64,000 bases of DNA from Anaerolineae bacterium (GCA_034432955.1 DAOUBB010000086.1:4839-68838), one strand, 5' to 3'; shown: positions 22,858-36,060, counted from the stretch's first letter. A program made the numbers and translations. The notes: generated by a model from the sequence alone, not told the origin.

Positions 22858-23078
22858 CGCGACTGCGTCCTTTGAGAGCCCAGCAAGTCATTCAGGCTTT
22901 CGAGAAGGCCGGTTTCCAAACTGCTCGACAAAGGGGAAGTCACGTACGCATGAAGCATCCGGATGGTCGGGTTATCACCATACCGGTTCATTCCGGTCAG
23001 GATATTGGACGCGGTCTTTTGCGCAAGATCTTGCACGACGCGGAGCTCACCTGGGAGGAGTTCCTCGAACTCCTTTGA
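22854..23078 (+). CDS. hicA: HicA mRNA interferase toxin
   Basis: 74 aa. The motif AGFQTARQRGSHVRMKHPDGRVITIPVH is the HicA dsRBD-like fold with the catalytic His. Confidence 0.8.
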   Translation: MTRLRPLRAQQVIQAFEKAGFQTARQRGSHVRMKHPDGRVITIPVHSGQDIGRGLLRKILHDAELTWEEFLELL

Positions 23079-23100
23079 GGCAATTTGACGGAGGGGAACA

Positions 23101-24081
23101 TTGACAGAAGCCACGCAGGATACCCGTCCTTTCGACATTGTCTGCCTGGGGATCATGGTGGCCGATGTGCTGGCGCGGCCGGTCCGGCGATTGCCGGAGC
23201 GCGGCAAGCTCGACACAGTGGACCGCATCGAGCTACACACCGGCGGCTGCGCGGTGAATACCGGCATCGCCCTGGCCAAGCTGGGCATTCGCACCTCGGT
23301 CATGGGCAAGGTCGGCCTGGACGGCTTCGGTGACTTCGTCATCCACACGTTGCACCGCTATGGGATTGACACATCCGGCGTCGTGCGCGACCAGGTCGCC
23401 AACACTTCAGCCACCATGGTCATGATCGGCCCGGATGGCGAACGCAGCTTCATCCACTACCTGGGCGCGAACGCGGAGCTGCGCGCGTCCGACGTGAACC
23501 TGGACGTGGTCAGGCAGGGGCGCATCCTGCACATCGCCGGCCATAATCTGATGTCGAAGTTTGATGGCCCCGAAGCCGCCACGGTGCTCCAGGCCGCCCG
23601 CCAGTTGGGGGTAGAGACCTCGCTGGACACGGCGTGGGACACCAGCGGGCGTTGGCTGCGCCTGATCGAGCCGTGCCTGCCGTATCTCGACTACTTCGTG
23701 CCCAGCTTTGAGGAGGCGCGCCTGATCGCTGGCCGCGAGGAGCCGGCCGAGGTGGCCCGTTTCTTCCTCGATTACGGGATCCGGATCGTCGCGCTGAAGA
23801 TGGGCGAGCAGGGGTGCTACGTCACCGATGGGCGGCAGGCTGTGCGGCTGCCGGCTTACCCGGTGACGCCCGTGGACACCACCGGCGCGGGAGATTGCTT
23901 CGCCGCCGGCTTCCTGGCCGGGCTCATCCACGGGTGGGACCTGGAGCGCACAGCGCGCTTCGCCAATGCTGTGGGCGCCATGTGTGTCACCTCCATCGGC
24001 GCGACCAGCGGTGTGGGCAACCTGGATGAAACGCTGGCCTTCATGCGGAAGATGGAATCGAGAGCGGAAGCCAAAGCATAA
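23101..24081 (+). CDS. PfkB-family carbohydrate kinase (ribokinase-like)
   Basis: DTTGAGDCFAAGFLAGL is the PfkB signature. N-terminal strand FDIVCLGIMVADV. TTG start 4 nt after a GGAGGGG RBS. Confidence 0.8.
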   Translation: MTEATQDTRPFDIVCLGIMVADVLARPVRRLPERGKLDTVDRIELHTGGCAVNTGIALAKLGIRTSVMGKVGLDGFGDFVIHTLHRYGIDTSGVVRDQVANTSATMVMIGPDGERSFIHYLGANAELRASDVNLDVVRQGRILHIAGHNLMSKFDGPEAATVLQAARQLGVETSLDTAWDTSGRWLRLIEPCLPYLDYFVPSFEEARLIAGREEPAEVARFFLDYGIRIVALKMGEQGCYVTDGRQAVRLPAYPVTPVDTTGAGDCFAAGFLAGLIHGWDLERTARFANAVGAMCVTSIGATSGVGNLDETLAFMRKMESRAEAKA

Positions 24082-24098
24082 AGAGTTCCTCTCACAGA

Positions 24099-27000
24099 GT
24101 GCAGGCTGAATCCATGCCATTCCATTGTCCCAAGTGTGGCGCCGAGCAACCCTACGAGGCTGATTTCTGCATCTCGTGTGGAATGCCCCTCCGCACCCGC
24201 TGCCCTCGCTGTGGCACGCCTATGCAGGCCGGCGCCCGCCGCTGCATGCGGTGCGGCACCCGGTTGGCCGATCCGCTCTCCTTTGAAGAACTATTTGAAG
24301 CGCCTGCCACCTTACAAGGGCGCTACGAGATCGAACAGCGCGTGAAGCGGGGGCACGCCACCACGGTCTATCTGGCCCGTGATTTGGGGCTGGGACGCCA
24401 CTGCATCGTCAAAGAGTTCAACCCGCGCCGGCTGACGGACGACTTCGAGCGGTCCGAGGCCCAACGCTCGTTTCACGCCGAGGCCGCGCGCTGGGCCCAG
24501 ATTCGCCATCCCAACCTGGCCCGCATTCAGGACATGTTCATCCAGGCTGGCAACTCGTACCTGGTCATGGAGTGGGTGCGCGGGCGGAGCCTTCGCCACC
24601 TGATCGCCGATCCCAACGCCGAGATCGGTGAGGTAAACGCCGTGACCTGGATGACGCAGATTTGCGATGCGCTGGCCGTCTTGCACACTCAGAACCCGCC
24701 ACTCATCTTCGGGGACCTGAACCCCGGACATGTGATGATCACGACGGACGGGCAGATCAAGCTGGTGGACTTCGGGCTCAGCGCCTGGTTCATGCCGTGG
24801 GATCGGGGAGTCCCGCGCTATCAGGGCAGCCCCGGCTATGCCGCTCCAGAGCAGCGCGAGCGATGGGAGGCAGACGCCCGCAGCGACCTTTACGCGCTGG
24901 GGGGCCTGCTCTACTATGTCCTCACTCGTCAGGCTCCCAACCAGCCTCCTATCCGCCTGAACGAACTGCCACCCGCGCTGGCAGAGGTCGTCCGACGGGC
25001 GCGCCAGCGCGATCCAGAACGCCGATTCCCGTCGGCGCAGGCCATGCGTGAGGCCCTGGCGAGAGCCGCTCATCTGCCGACCCATGAGCCTGCAGCAGTT
25101 CAGGCTCCACCCGGCTTCGTCGCCGGCCAGCCCGTCCTCGATCCCTGGAGCGCGCTGCGCGCGCAGCTCAGGGAGCAGGCCAGTGCCGACTGGCTACGTA
25201 CGGTGCGGCGTTTTTACGGGGGACAAACTCTCGACTGGCTGCGGCGTGAGGCGCATCGGCTGGAGGGGGAAGGACAGGCACAGGCAAGGCAACAGATCGA
25301 GGCCGCGATGGCAGAAGCGGAATCGCTGCTGGCTCAGGGAGAGCTAGAGGATGCCCTGGGCCGCCAGGTGCTCGTCGCCCGCTGGCTGGCGAAGATCGGG
25401 GCGGCTCCCGCCGATCCGGGCCTGGCCGTTCGACCACGGCGCCTGGCGTTTGGGGAGTTGACGCGCAGGGTTGCCAAGCGCGCCGTGTTGCACATCCGCA
25501 ACACCGGCGCGACGACGCTGGTGGGCGAAGTGCAAAGCCTGCTGCCATGGCTGGAGGTGCGAGACGCGCGCTTCGCCTGCGCGCCGGACGAAGCGGCGCG
25601 CGTGACCGTGGTAGCGTCCGGCAAACGGCTGCCCCCGGAGGGAGAGCGGGCGGCACGAGCCCTGCACGTGATGACCAACCGGGGCGTGGCGTGGGTGCCG
25701 GCGTCTGCCAGCCTGGTGGTGCCAGTGCTGGCCGTCAACCCCGCCGCGCTCGACTTCGGACAGGTGGCCCACGGCCAGACCGCTGACGCCGAGGTCATCC
25801 TCGCGAACCAGGGCGGAGGTGAGATCGAGGGGGTTGTCAAGAGCGCCGTCCCCTGGCTCTCGGTGACGCCGGATCGCTTCCGCGTCCAGGCAGCGGGACG
25901 GCAGACGATCCGAGTGCGCCTTCACAGCGGCCTGGTGCCGGCGGGAATTCAAGAGGCTGCCGACGCCCTGCTGGTAGACAGCGATCATGGTCAAGCGAGG
26001 CTGCCCGTACGCTGGCGATGGGCGGAGCCAGGGCTGGTGATCGCGCCCACCGCGCTCCTCTGGGGAGAGCAGAAGCGTGAAGCGCAGGCCGAGATGAGCC
26101 TGACGATCGCCAACTCGGGCACGGCCATCCTGGAGGGCACCATCCGCTCGCGTTGTCCCTGGCTGAGCGTGACCCCTGAGGCTTTCACCTGCCCGCCTGG
26201 CCAATCGGTGACCGTAGCAGTGAAGGCCAGCCTGGACGGGTTGCCGCCGGGCCGTACCAACCTCGGTGAGGCACTGGTTATCGAGAGCAACGCGGGGCGG
26301 CGGACGGTATCGGCCTCCGTGGACGTCCTAGCCCCTGAGCTGCAGGTCAAGCCGCCCTCCCTGGACCTGGGCGAGACAGCGTGGGGCGAGGCCTGCCATA
26401 CGACCCTGCGCATCGCCAATCGGGGATCGCTGCCGCTGACGGCTCGATTGGAGAGCCTGTTCCCCTGGCTGCTCGTGGAGCCAGCGGAGATCGTTTGCCC
26501 ACCGGGCGCGTCGGCCCGCGTGAGGGTGGAAGCGCGCACCGAGGAGATGCTTCGCGGCGGCGAGTGGCGCGCTGTGCCGGGCGTGCGCATCGAGAGCAAC
26601 GCCGGGCGCAGAGACATCCCGATCTCTCTGCTGGTCCGCAAGCCGGAGCTGCAGTTGACACCGGAATTCCTGGATTTCGGCGTCATCCCTCGCCAGGGAG
26701 TGGGGCAGGCCACGCTCTTCATCAGCAACCCGGGCACGGCGCCGCTCACTTGGTCCCTTTCCAGCGATGCGCTGTGGCTGGAAGTGACCACGCCTCAGGG
26801 TACCACCCAGCCCGGTGAGACTTCCCAGGTGCATCTGTATGCCTACGGGCTGGCCGTGCCCGCCGATCAGGAGGAAGCCCAGATGAGCCTGACCATCGAG
26901 AGCGACGTGGGTGAGCAGGTGGTGCGCGGCGTCGTCGTGCTGGCCCGTCCACTCCTGTGGGTGGACCCACTGCGGCTAGACCTGGGTGTCAGCGCCAACT

Positions 27001-27554
27001 ACGCGCCGGTCGAGGGCCTGCTCAGCCTTTTCAACCGCGGCATGGGCGACCTCACCGGCACGGTTCAGACGACCGTGCCCTGGTTGACGGTGAAACCAAT
27101 CGAGTTCCGCATTCCGACCGGCGGTCAGCAACCGATCGTCGTGCGCGCCGCACCAGACGGTTTACGTGAGGGTGAGACGCTGGTCGAGGGAGCGTTGGAG
27201 GTGACCAGCAATGCCGGCCAAGAGCGGGTGGATGTGCGCGTAGAGATCCGCCTCCGCGGTGAGCTGGTGATCGAACCCCAGGAGCTTGTCTGGAGGCGAG
27301 AGGAGGCGGCGCCCGTGCTGCGGCTGCGCAACGTGGGACGCGCGCCCGTCTCGGTGCTCGTTCGGCCGCAGGCAGGCTGGTTGCGGGTGAACCACGATCT
27401 GTTGGTGATCAAGCCCGGCCGGACTGCGACGGTGCAGCTCGTCCTAGATGAGGCGACTTTGCCCACCGCCCCGGCTATCCAAACGGAGCTCGTGCTGGAT
27501 CAGGCCGGCCAGATCACGCGCGTGCCGGTGGTAGTGGAGCCAGGTTCCCCTTGA
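24099..27554 (+). CDS. multidomain protein: double zinc ribbon, Ser/Thr-kinase-like domain, coiled-coil linker, 7 tandem Ig-like/PapD-like repeats of about 100 aa
   Basis: CPKCG...CISCG...CPRCG...CMRCG zinc ribbons. Kinase-like motifs: VAIK-like Lys (CIVKEF), DFG (VDFGLS) and APE (GYAAPEQ). The catalytic loop reads IFGDLNPGHV instead of HRDLKPxN, and the Gly-rich loop is degraded. Seven repeats, for example VLAVNPAALDFGQVAHGQTADAEVILANQGGGEIEGVVKSAVPWLSVTP. The GTG at 24099 and the ATG at 24114 are alternative starts. Confidence 0.8.
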   Translation: MQAESMPFHCPKCGAEQPYEADFCISCGMPLRTRCPRCGTPMQAGARRCMRCGTRLADPLSFEELFEAPATLQGRYEIEQRVKRGHATTVYLARDLGLGRHCIVKEFNPRRLTDDFERSEAQRSFHAEAARWAQIRHPNLARIQDMFIQAGNSYLVMEWVRGRSLRHLIADPNAEIGEVNAVTWMTQICDALAVLHTQNPPLIFGDLNPGHVMITTDGQIKLVDFGLSAWFMPWDRGVPRYQGSPGYAAPEQRERWEADARSDLYALGGLLYYVLTRQAPNQPPIRLNELPPALAEVVRRARQRDPERRFPSAQAMREALARAAHLPTHEPAAVQAPPGFVAGQPVLDPWSALRAQLREQASADWLRTVRRFYGGQTLDWLRREAHRLEGEGQAQARQQIEAAMAEAESLLAQGELEDALGRQVLVARWLAKIGAAPADPGLAVRPRRLAFGELTRRVAKRAVLHIRNTGATTLVGEVQSLLPWLEVRDARFACAPDEAARVTVVASGKRLPPEGERAARALHVMTNRGVAWVPASASLVVPVLAVNPAALDFGQVAHGQTADAEVILANQGGGEIEGVVKSAVPWLSVTPDRFRVQAAGRQTIRVRLHSGLVPAGIQEAADALLVDSDHGQARLPVRWRWAEPGLVIAPTALLWGEQKREAQAEMSLTIANSGTAILEGTIRSRCPWLSVTPEAFTCPPGQSVTVAVKASLDGLPPGRTNLGEALVIESNAGRRTVSASVDVLAPELQVKPPSLDLGETAWGEACHTTLRIANRGSLPLTARLESLFPWLLVEPAEIVCPPGASARVRVEARTEEMLRGGEWRAVPGVRIESNAGRRDIPISLLVRKPELQLTPEFLDFGVIPRQGVGQATLFISNPGTAPLTWSLSSDALWLEVTTPQGTTQPGETSQVHLYAYGLAVPADQEEAQMSLTIESDVGEQVVRGVVVLARPLLWVDPLRLDLGVSANYAPVEGLLSLFNRGMGDLTGTVQTTVPWLTVKPIEFRIPTGGQQPIVVRAAPDGLREGETLVEGALEVTSNAGQERVDVRVEIRLRGELVIEPQELVWRREEAAPVLRLRNVGRAPVSVLVRPQAGWLRVNHDLLVIKPGRTATVQLVLDEATLPTAPAIQTELVLDQAGQITRVPVVVEPGSP

Positions 27555-27558
27555 GAAC

Positions 27559-28563
27559 TTATACCTGCGGCAGGCTGCGTCGCATCAGGTCGTAATTCTC
27601 CAGCGCCTTCCCTGCGCCCAACGCCACACAGGCGATGGGATTCTCGGCCACATAGCAGGGCACGCCCGTCTCCTGGGTCAGCAACTGGTCCAGATACCGC
27701 AGCAGCGCGCTGCCGCCGGTCAGCACCATGCCGCGGTCAATGATGTCGGCCGCCAACTCGGGTGGAGTCTTCTCCAGCGTAGCCCGCACCGTGCTCACGA
27801 TGGCGTTGAGCGGCTCGGCGATGGCCTCGGTCACCTCGCCAGCGGTGATCTGGATCGTCTTGGGCAACCCGGACACCTGATCGCGCCCCTTGACCTCCAT
27901 CGAGAGGTCTGGGTCAATCGGCAGGGCACTGCCGATCTTGATCTTGATCTCCTCAGCCGTCTGCTCGCCCACCATCAGGTTGTACTTCCTGCGGATGTAG
28001 TTCTGGATGGCCTCGTCAATGCGGTTGCCGCCCACGCGCACGGCGCTCCACACCACGATATCGTACATCGAAACGACCGCCGCCTCGGTGGTGCCGCCGC
28101 CGACGTCCACGACCATATTGCCGGTGGGTGTGCCGATGGGAAGGCCAGCTCCTAGCGCCGCCGCCAGTGGCTCGGGGATGAGATGCGCCTCGCGGGCGCC
28201 CGCCTCAAGCGCGGCATCCCGCACGGCCCTGGCCTCCACGCTCGTGACCCCTTTGGGGGTGCTGATCATCACACGCGGCTTGAACAGCGGGCTACGCCCG
28301 CACACCTTGCGAATGAAGTACCGCAACATAGCCTCGGTGACCACGTAATCGGCCACGACGCCATCCCGCAACGGCCGCGCCACCTCGATGGATTCGGGCG
28401 CGCGCCCCAGCATGTCGCGAGCCTCCTGGCCCACGGCCACGATCTTGTTGTCGCGCGTCGAAATCGCGACCACCGACGGCTCCTGCATGACGATGCCGCG
28501 GCCCTGGACATACACAAGCACACTGACCGTTCCCAGATCAATACCAATCAGCTTTTCAAACAT
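27559..28563 (-). CDS. mreB: rod shape-determining protein MreB
   Basis: [19 protein letters not shown] is the actin-fold phosphate-1 motif. About 334 aa. Convergent with the kinase gene across a 4-bp gap. Confidence 0.9.
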   Translation of the reverse strand: MFEKLIGIDLGTVSVLVYVQGRGIVMQEPSVVAISTRDNKIVAVGQEARDMLGRAPESIEVARPLRDGVVADYVVTEAMLRYFIRKVCGRSPLFKPRVMISTPKGVTSVEARAVRDAALEAGAREAHLIPEPLAAALGAGLPIGTPTGNMVVDVGGGTTEAAVVSMYDIVVWSAVRVGGNRIDEAIQNYIRRKYNLMVGEQTAEEIKIKIGSALPIDPDLSMEVKGRDQVSGLPKTIQITAGEVTEAIAEPLNAIVSTVRATLEKTPPELAADIIDRGMVLTGGSALLRYLDQLLTQETGVPCYVAENPIACVALGAGKALENYDLMRRSLPQV

Positions 28564-28590
28564 ATGCCTTTTCCTCAGTGACATAAGAAC

Positions 28591-28622
28591 GGGGCTGAAA
28601 AAACCGCCGCCTTTTCAGCCCC
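28591..28622 (-). terminator. hairpin terminator downstream of atpC and upstream of mreB
   Basis: GGGGCTGAAAA-aaccgccgcc-TTTTCAGCCCC: 11-bp stem. A T-run follows on the minus strand. Confidence 0.5.
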
Positions 28623-28653
28623 GTCCCATCCGAGCCATCTTCGCGACGCCCTC

Positions 28654-29103
28654 TTACTCGCTTTGAGAGGGGCCGGAGGGTCGGCTTCGACGCTGGCGAG
28701 CCCTTTCGGCTACGCGCAGGCGCACCAGCGAGCGCCGTAACGCCGCCTCCGCCCGTGCGAAGTCTACACCCTCGCGATGCCGCTGGCGCAGGCGCTCCTC
28801 GGCCCGTCGGCGAGCGGCCAGCGCGCGCGCCTCGTCTATCTCCTCGGCGCGCTCAGCGGTATCGGCCAGGATCGTCACGCGATCGCCGAGGACTTCCATA
28901 AAGCCGCCGCCGATGGCCATGAGGACATCCTCTTCGCCCTCTTTGCGGATCACAAGCTGGCCATACGTTAGCGCCGTCATCAACGGCGCGTGATGGGGCA
29001 AAATGCCCAACTCGCCCTCGACGCCCGGCGCGATCACCATGTTGACGTCGTCCGAGTAGACCACGCGCTCGGGGGTGACGACCTCACAACGCATGGTAGC
29101 CAT
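28654..29103 (-). CDS. atpC: F1 ATP synthase epsilon subunit
   Basis: 149 aa. N-terminal beta-sandwich and C-terminal helical hairpin; conserved operon position. Confidence 0.9.
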   Translation of the reverse strand: MATMRCEVVTPERVVYSDDVNMVIAPGVEGELGILPHHAPLMTALTYGQLVIRKEGEEDVLMAIGGGFMEVLGDRVTILADTAERAEEIDEARALAARRRAEERLRQRHREGVDFARAEAALRRSLVRLRVAERARQRRSRPSGPSQSE

Positions 29104-29115
29104 GATCTCCCTCGC

Positions 29116-30522
<1,407 letters not shown>

Positions 30523-30551
30523 CTAATCCTCCGATCTGATTCCGGCCATTC

Positions 30552-31463
30552 CTATCGTATCTGCCGCATGGCCTCTACGCCGCCCGCGATGTCCAGCATC
30601 TCACGGGTGATCGCGTCCTGGCGTGCCTGGTTGTAGGTCAGGGTCAGCTCTGCCAGCAACTCGTTGGCGTTGTCGGTCGCCGCGCGCATGGCGACCATCC
30701 GCGCCGAGTGCTCGCTGGCCAGGGCCTCCAGCACTGCCTCGTAGATCTGGATCTCGGTGAAACGCGGCAGCACCGCGTCCAGGATCGTCTGAGGATCTGG
30801 CTCGTAGATATACTCGCCGATGGCCGGGGATGCCTCTTCCGGCTGGACCAGCGCGGCATTCGCTGGGAGCTGATTGGCGTTCGTGATGCGCAGCGGCAAA
30901 AGCCTCCGGATCAGCGGTTTCTGGGTCAGGGTGTTGATGAAGCGTGTATACCCCAGGTACACCTCATCCACCTCGCCGCTCAAGAAGGCGTTGATGGCCA
31001 TGCGCGCGATCGGCGTGATGTCGAGGATGCTGGGCCGTGGCGGCAGGTCGCTGAACTCGGCGATCAGGTTCTGCCGGTAACGGGCCATGAAGGCCGCCCC
31101 GCGCCGGCCGATGGCGATGACCTTGACAGGCTTGCCCGCTTCCAGGATGAAGCGAGTGGCCAGGCGCAGCATGTTCGCATTGTAGGCGCCACACAGCCCC
31201 TTGTCAGCGGTGATCAGGATCAGGCCGATCGCGTTCACCGACTCGCGCGCGTCTAGCAGCGGGTGCAGCGCGCCTTGGGCGCCGCGCTGAGCGGCCAGGT
31301 GCTTTAACACCTGCCAGGCCTTCTCGGAATACGGGCGCGTCGCCAACACCTGTGCCTGAGCGCGGCGCATTTTAGACGCAGCGACCATTTGCATCGCCCG
31401 CGTCACCTGGGCGATGTTGCGGATGCTGCGAATGCGGCGTCGAATCTCGCGAAGGCTGGCCAC
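30552..31463 (-). CDS. atpG: F1 ATP synthase gamma subunit
   Basis: MASLREIRRRIRSIRNIAQVTRAMQMVAASKMR is the gamma N-terminal helix. Confidence 0.9.
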   Translation of the reverse strand: MASLREIRRRIRSIRNIAQVTRAMQMVAASKMRRAQAQVLATRPYSEKAWQVLKHLAAQRGAQGALHPLLDARESVNAIGLILITADKGLCGAYNANMLRLATRFILEAGKPVKVIAIGRRGAAFMARYRQNLIAEFSDLPPRPSILDITPIARMAINAFLSGEVDEVYLGYTRFINTLTQKPLIRRLLPLRITNANQLPANAALVQPEEASPAIGEYIYEPDPQTILDAVLPRFTEIQIYEAVLEALASEHSARMVAMRAATDNANELLAELTLTYNQARQDAITREMLDIAGGVEAMRQIR

Positions 31464-31524
31464 CGTTCTCCTCCCTTTGCGTGACGCGCGGGTGTCGTTC
31501 CGCCCTACCTCCAGGCCCTGCGCC

Positions 31525-33051
<1,527 letters not shown>

Positions 33052-33145
33052 CTGTCCTCCTCTGCCTGGCCGGTCAGCCTGGCTACCAGGTCCGGAATGG
33101 GGGCTTCCGCCCGCCGTGGCCCGGACAGGGTACTGGATCGCCGGC

Positions 33146-33685
33146 CTAGGATGCGGCACTCAGTTGCGCGCGCATGGCGGCCAGCTTGCCCGCCAGGCTG
33201 CCATCTATCACCTCGTCCCCCACTTTGACGATCAAGCCACCCAGGATTTGGGGATCCACGCGAAACTCGAACTCGAGGTCGCCGCCGAAACGCTTGATCA
33301 ACCGCTCCTGTACCTGCTGTTTTTCCTCATCGGTCAACGGCACCGCGCTGATGACGCGAGCGACGCGCACCTCGGGCCCACGCCGGATCATGCGCTCCAG
33401 CTCGAAGACGATCTCATCCAGTAAGTGCAGGTGATGTTCCCGCAAGAGCACATAGAGGAAGTTGCGGACGCCTGGACTCACCGTGTCAGGCAAAATCGAA
33501 TCGAGGGCTTGCTGGCGTTCTGAGAAAGAGGTGTCGGAATTGAGCCGGTCACGGATGTCCGGGCGGATCGCCAGTTCACGCCGGGCCGCGCTGAGCTGCT
33601 CCACCCACATCTCCAGAGCGGATCGGTAGAGCGCCTGCGCGTACTGATGAGAAAGTCCCGTCATCTCAGCCGCGACGCTGGTCAC
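33146..33685 (-). CDS. atpH: F1 ATP synthase delta subunit (OSCP)
   Basis: Operon position and OSCP-like helical N-terminus. The start may be the internal ATG at about 33664. Confidence 0.8.
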   Translation of the reverse strand: MTSVAAEMTGLSHQYAQALYRSALEMWVEQLSAARRELAIRPDIRDRLNSDTSFSERQQALDSILPDTVSPGVRNFLYVLLREHHLHLLDEIVFELERMIRRGPEVRVARVISAVPLTDEEKQQVQERLIKRFGGDLEFEFRVDPQILGGLIVKVGDEVIDGSLAGKLAAMRAQLSAAS

Positions 33686-34176
33686 GATGCCCCCTCTAGC
33701 TGATTCAGAAACTCCTGGACGAGCCTGCGCTGCGCCTTTTCATCCACCACCTGGCCGATCAGCCGCTCCGTCGCCAGCACCACCAGCGCTGCGATCTCGT
33801 CGCGAGCGCTGCTGAGGATGCGCTCGCGCTCGCGTTCGGCCTCCTCGCGGGCGCGAGCGCGGATTTCCTCGGCCTCCTTGCGCGCCTGCTGGAGGATCTC
33901 CTCCCGTAACCGCTCGCTGGCCTGCATCGCTTTTTGGATAGCCTGCTGGCTCTCCTGGCGAGCGGCCTCCAGCTCCTGCCGATACCGCTCCTGAGCGGCA
34001 GCGGCCTCCTGGCGCACCCGATCGGCCTCGGCCAGGCTTTCCCGCACCTTGTTCTTGCGAGCCTCGAGCATATCGAAGACCGGCTTGTACAGGAACCGCT
34101 GCAACAAGAACAGGATGATCCCGAAGTTGACGATCTGGGCGATCAGGAAGTTGAGGTTAATGCCTAACTTTTCCAA
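33682..34176 (-). CDS. atpF: Fo ATP synthase subunit b
   Basis: N-terminal TM helix followed by a long charged coiled coil. 164 aa. Confidence 0.8.
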   Translation of the reverse strand: MEKLGINLNFLIAQIVNFGIILFLLQRFLYKPVFDMLEARKNKVRESLAEADRVRQEAAAAQERYRQELEAARQESQQAIQKAMQASERLREEILQQARKEAEEIRARAREEAERERERILSSARDEIAALVVLATERLIGQVVDEKAQRRLVQEFLNQLEGAS

Positions 34177-34253
34177 CGATACCCTCCTCCCGTCCGCTCA
34201 TGCCGGATCCTGGATCGTGCGTTTGGATCCACACTCGCGGACATCCAGGCCCT

Positions 34254-34505
<252 letters not shown>

Positions 34506-34582
34506 TCAGTCGCTACGGGGTCCTCAGACGTGCAGGGCATTTATGCGCCTGTCTCCCCAGAGCCGAACTGAGCCATCATCAC

Positions 34583-35542
34583 TCAGTGGGATACCTCGCC
34601 GTGTTCGCTGTGCTCCTCATGGGAAACCCCCGCCATGGAGAGGAAGATCAGCGACAGAATGGCGAAGACGAACGCCTGCATGAAGCCGACGAAGATTTCT
34701 AACCCATAGAAGGGCAACACGACCAGGAAGGGGATCAGAAATGGCATCACGAACAGCAGCACCTGACCCGCGAAGATGTTGCCGAAGAGACGGAAGGTGA
34801 ACGAGATGATCTTGGCGAACTCGCTGACCAGCTCCAGGATGCCCACAAAGCCATCCACGGGGGTTTTGAAATTGAAGAACTTGCGCAGATAACCCCTGCC
34901 CAGGTCACGAAAGCCGGTGACCTGGACGTACACCATGACGATGAGCGCCAGCGCCAATGGCAGGTTCAGGTCGGTCGCAGCAGCACGTAGAAAGGGCACT
35001 AAGACATAGCCGGGCTCGCCCTCATCAGGCTGCTGCGCGGTCAAAATGGCGATGGGGCCGAGCTCTTTGATCCGGTACGAGCGCATCCCCTCTTCGTGCG
35101 CCGGCTCGATGATGCCGATGCTGTCGAAGCCAGGGATGAGCTCCCACCAGTTGGCAACGAGCAGGAACAGCAGGATAGTCATGAAAAGCGGAAAGAAGCG
35201 GCGCGCCTTCGCCCCGGCCACCTCTTCAGCCAGGTTGTAGAAAGTCTCAATGAACCATTCGACCAGGTTCTGGAAGCCGGAGGGGATCAGGCTCATGCGC
35301 CGCCGGACAGCCCACACGATCGCTAGCAGCGTGAGATCTGCCAACAGCGTGGCGAGCAACGTGTTGGTGATGGGGAAGCCAAAAACTGTAAGGCCTGGGA
35401 TCTTCTCGGCGGGGAGCTGGATGGTCGGCAGCGGCACCGGGAAGAGAATGCGGCCGCCGATCAAGATAGCCAAAGCTCCCACAAGGATGGCTGTGTTACG
35501 TCGGTTGAAGAAGCGCTTGAAGGTCAAGCTCAGATTTTGCAC
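34583..35542 (-). CDS. atpB: Fo ATP synthase subunit a
   Basis: Polytopic. Conserved Arg region (LSLTFRLFGNIFAGQVLL). Confidence 0.85.
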   Translation of the reverse strand: MQNLSLTFKRFFNRRNTAILVGALAILIGGRILFPVPLPTIQLPAEKIPGLTVFGFPITNTLLATLLADLTLLAIVWAVRRRMSLIPSGFQNLVEWFIETFYNLAEEVAGAKARRFFPLFMTILLFLLVANWWELIPGFDSIGIIEPAHEEGMRSYRIKELGPIAILTAQQPDEGEPGYVLVPFLRAAATDLNLPLALALIVMVYVQVTGFRDLGRGYLRKFFNFKTPVDGFVGILELVSEFAKIISFTFRLFGNIFAGQVLLFVMPFLIPFLVVLPFYGLEIFVGFMQAFVFAILSLIFLSMAGVSHEEHSEHGEVSH

Positions 35543-35596
35543 GATGCGTCCGCCTCCTCAAGATCTACCCAGATCATGGGCACGAAGCCCGGCCAG

Positions 35597-35854
35597 TCAT
35601 CCTTGAGACAGGTCCCTGGTGCTGTCATCGCCCCGGTGTCGTCGCTCCAACTCGGCATATCTGCGCTGGACAATCCGCCAGATCCCCGCGATCGCGGCCG
35701 TCACACCGACTAGCACGCCCGCCAGAGTCAGCCAGGGAGCCGTCTCGAAACGCCGATCCGCCCAAATCCCGAACAGTAGAGGGGCCACAGACGAGGCTAT
35801 CACCACCAAGCCCAGGGATAGGACGAGCGCGAGGATCGGATGCTTGCGCGCCAT
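35597..35854 (-). CDS. small membrane protein, AtpZ/AtpI-like, first gene of the atp operon
   Basis: About 85 aa, two hydrophobic helices, immediately upstream of atpB. Start taken at the internal ATG, 35854. Confidence 0.5.
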   Translation of the reverse strand: MARKHPILALVLSLGLVVIASSVAPLLFGIWADRRFETAPWLTLAGVLVGVTAAIAGIWRIVQRRYAELERRHRGDDSTRDLSQG

Positions 35855-36060
35855 TTCACCATCTGATCTCCCCTGCGAGGGTAAGGCCCCTCCGCGGTCA
35901 CACCGGAAAATTATAGCAGAAGGAGTAGTTATGAGCAAATCTTGCCCAAAAATACACAAACTGGCCCTCCATCGCTGAGGTGCTCCCCTCCGAATACCCG
36001 CCTACCTTTGGAGGGGAGACCGCGCGTCAGCTTGGACAAGAAACCACGCCCATCGAGGTT

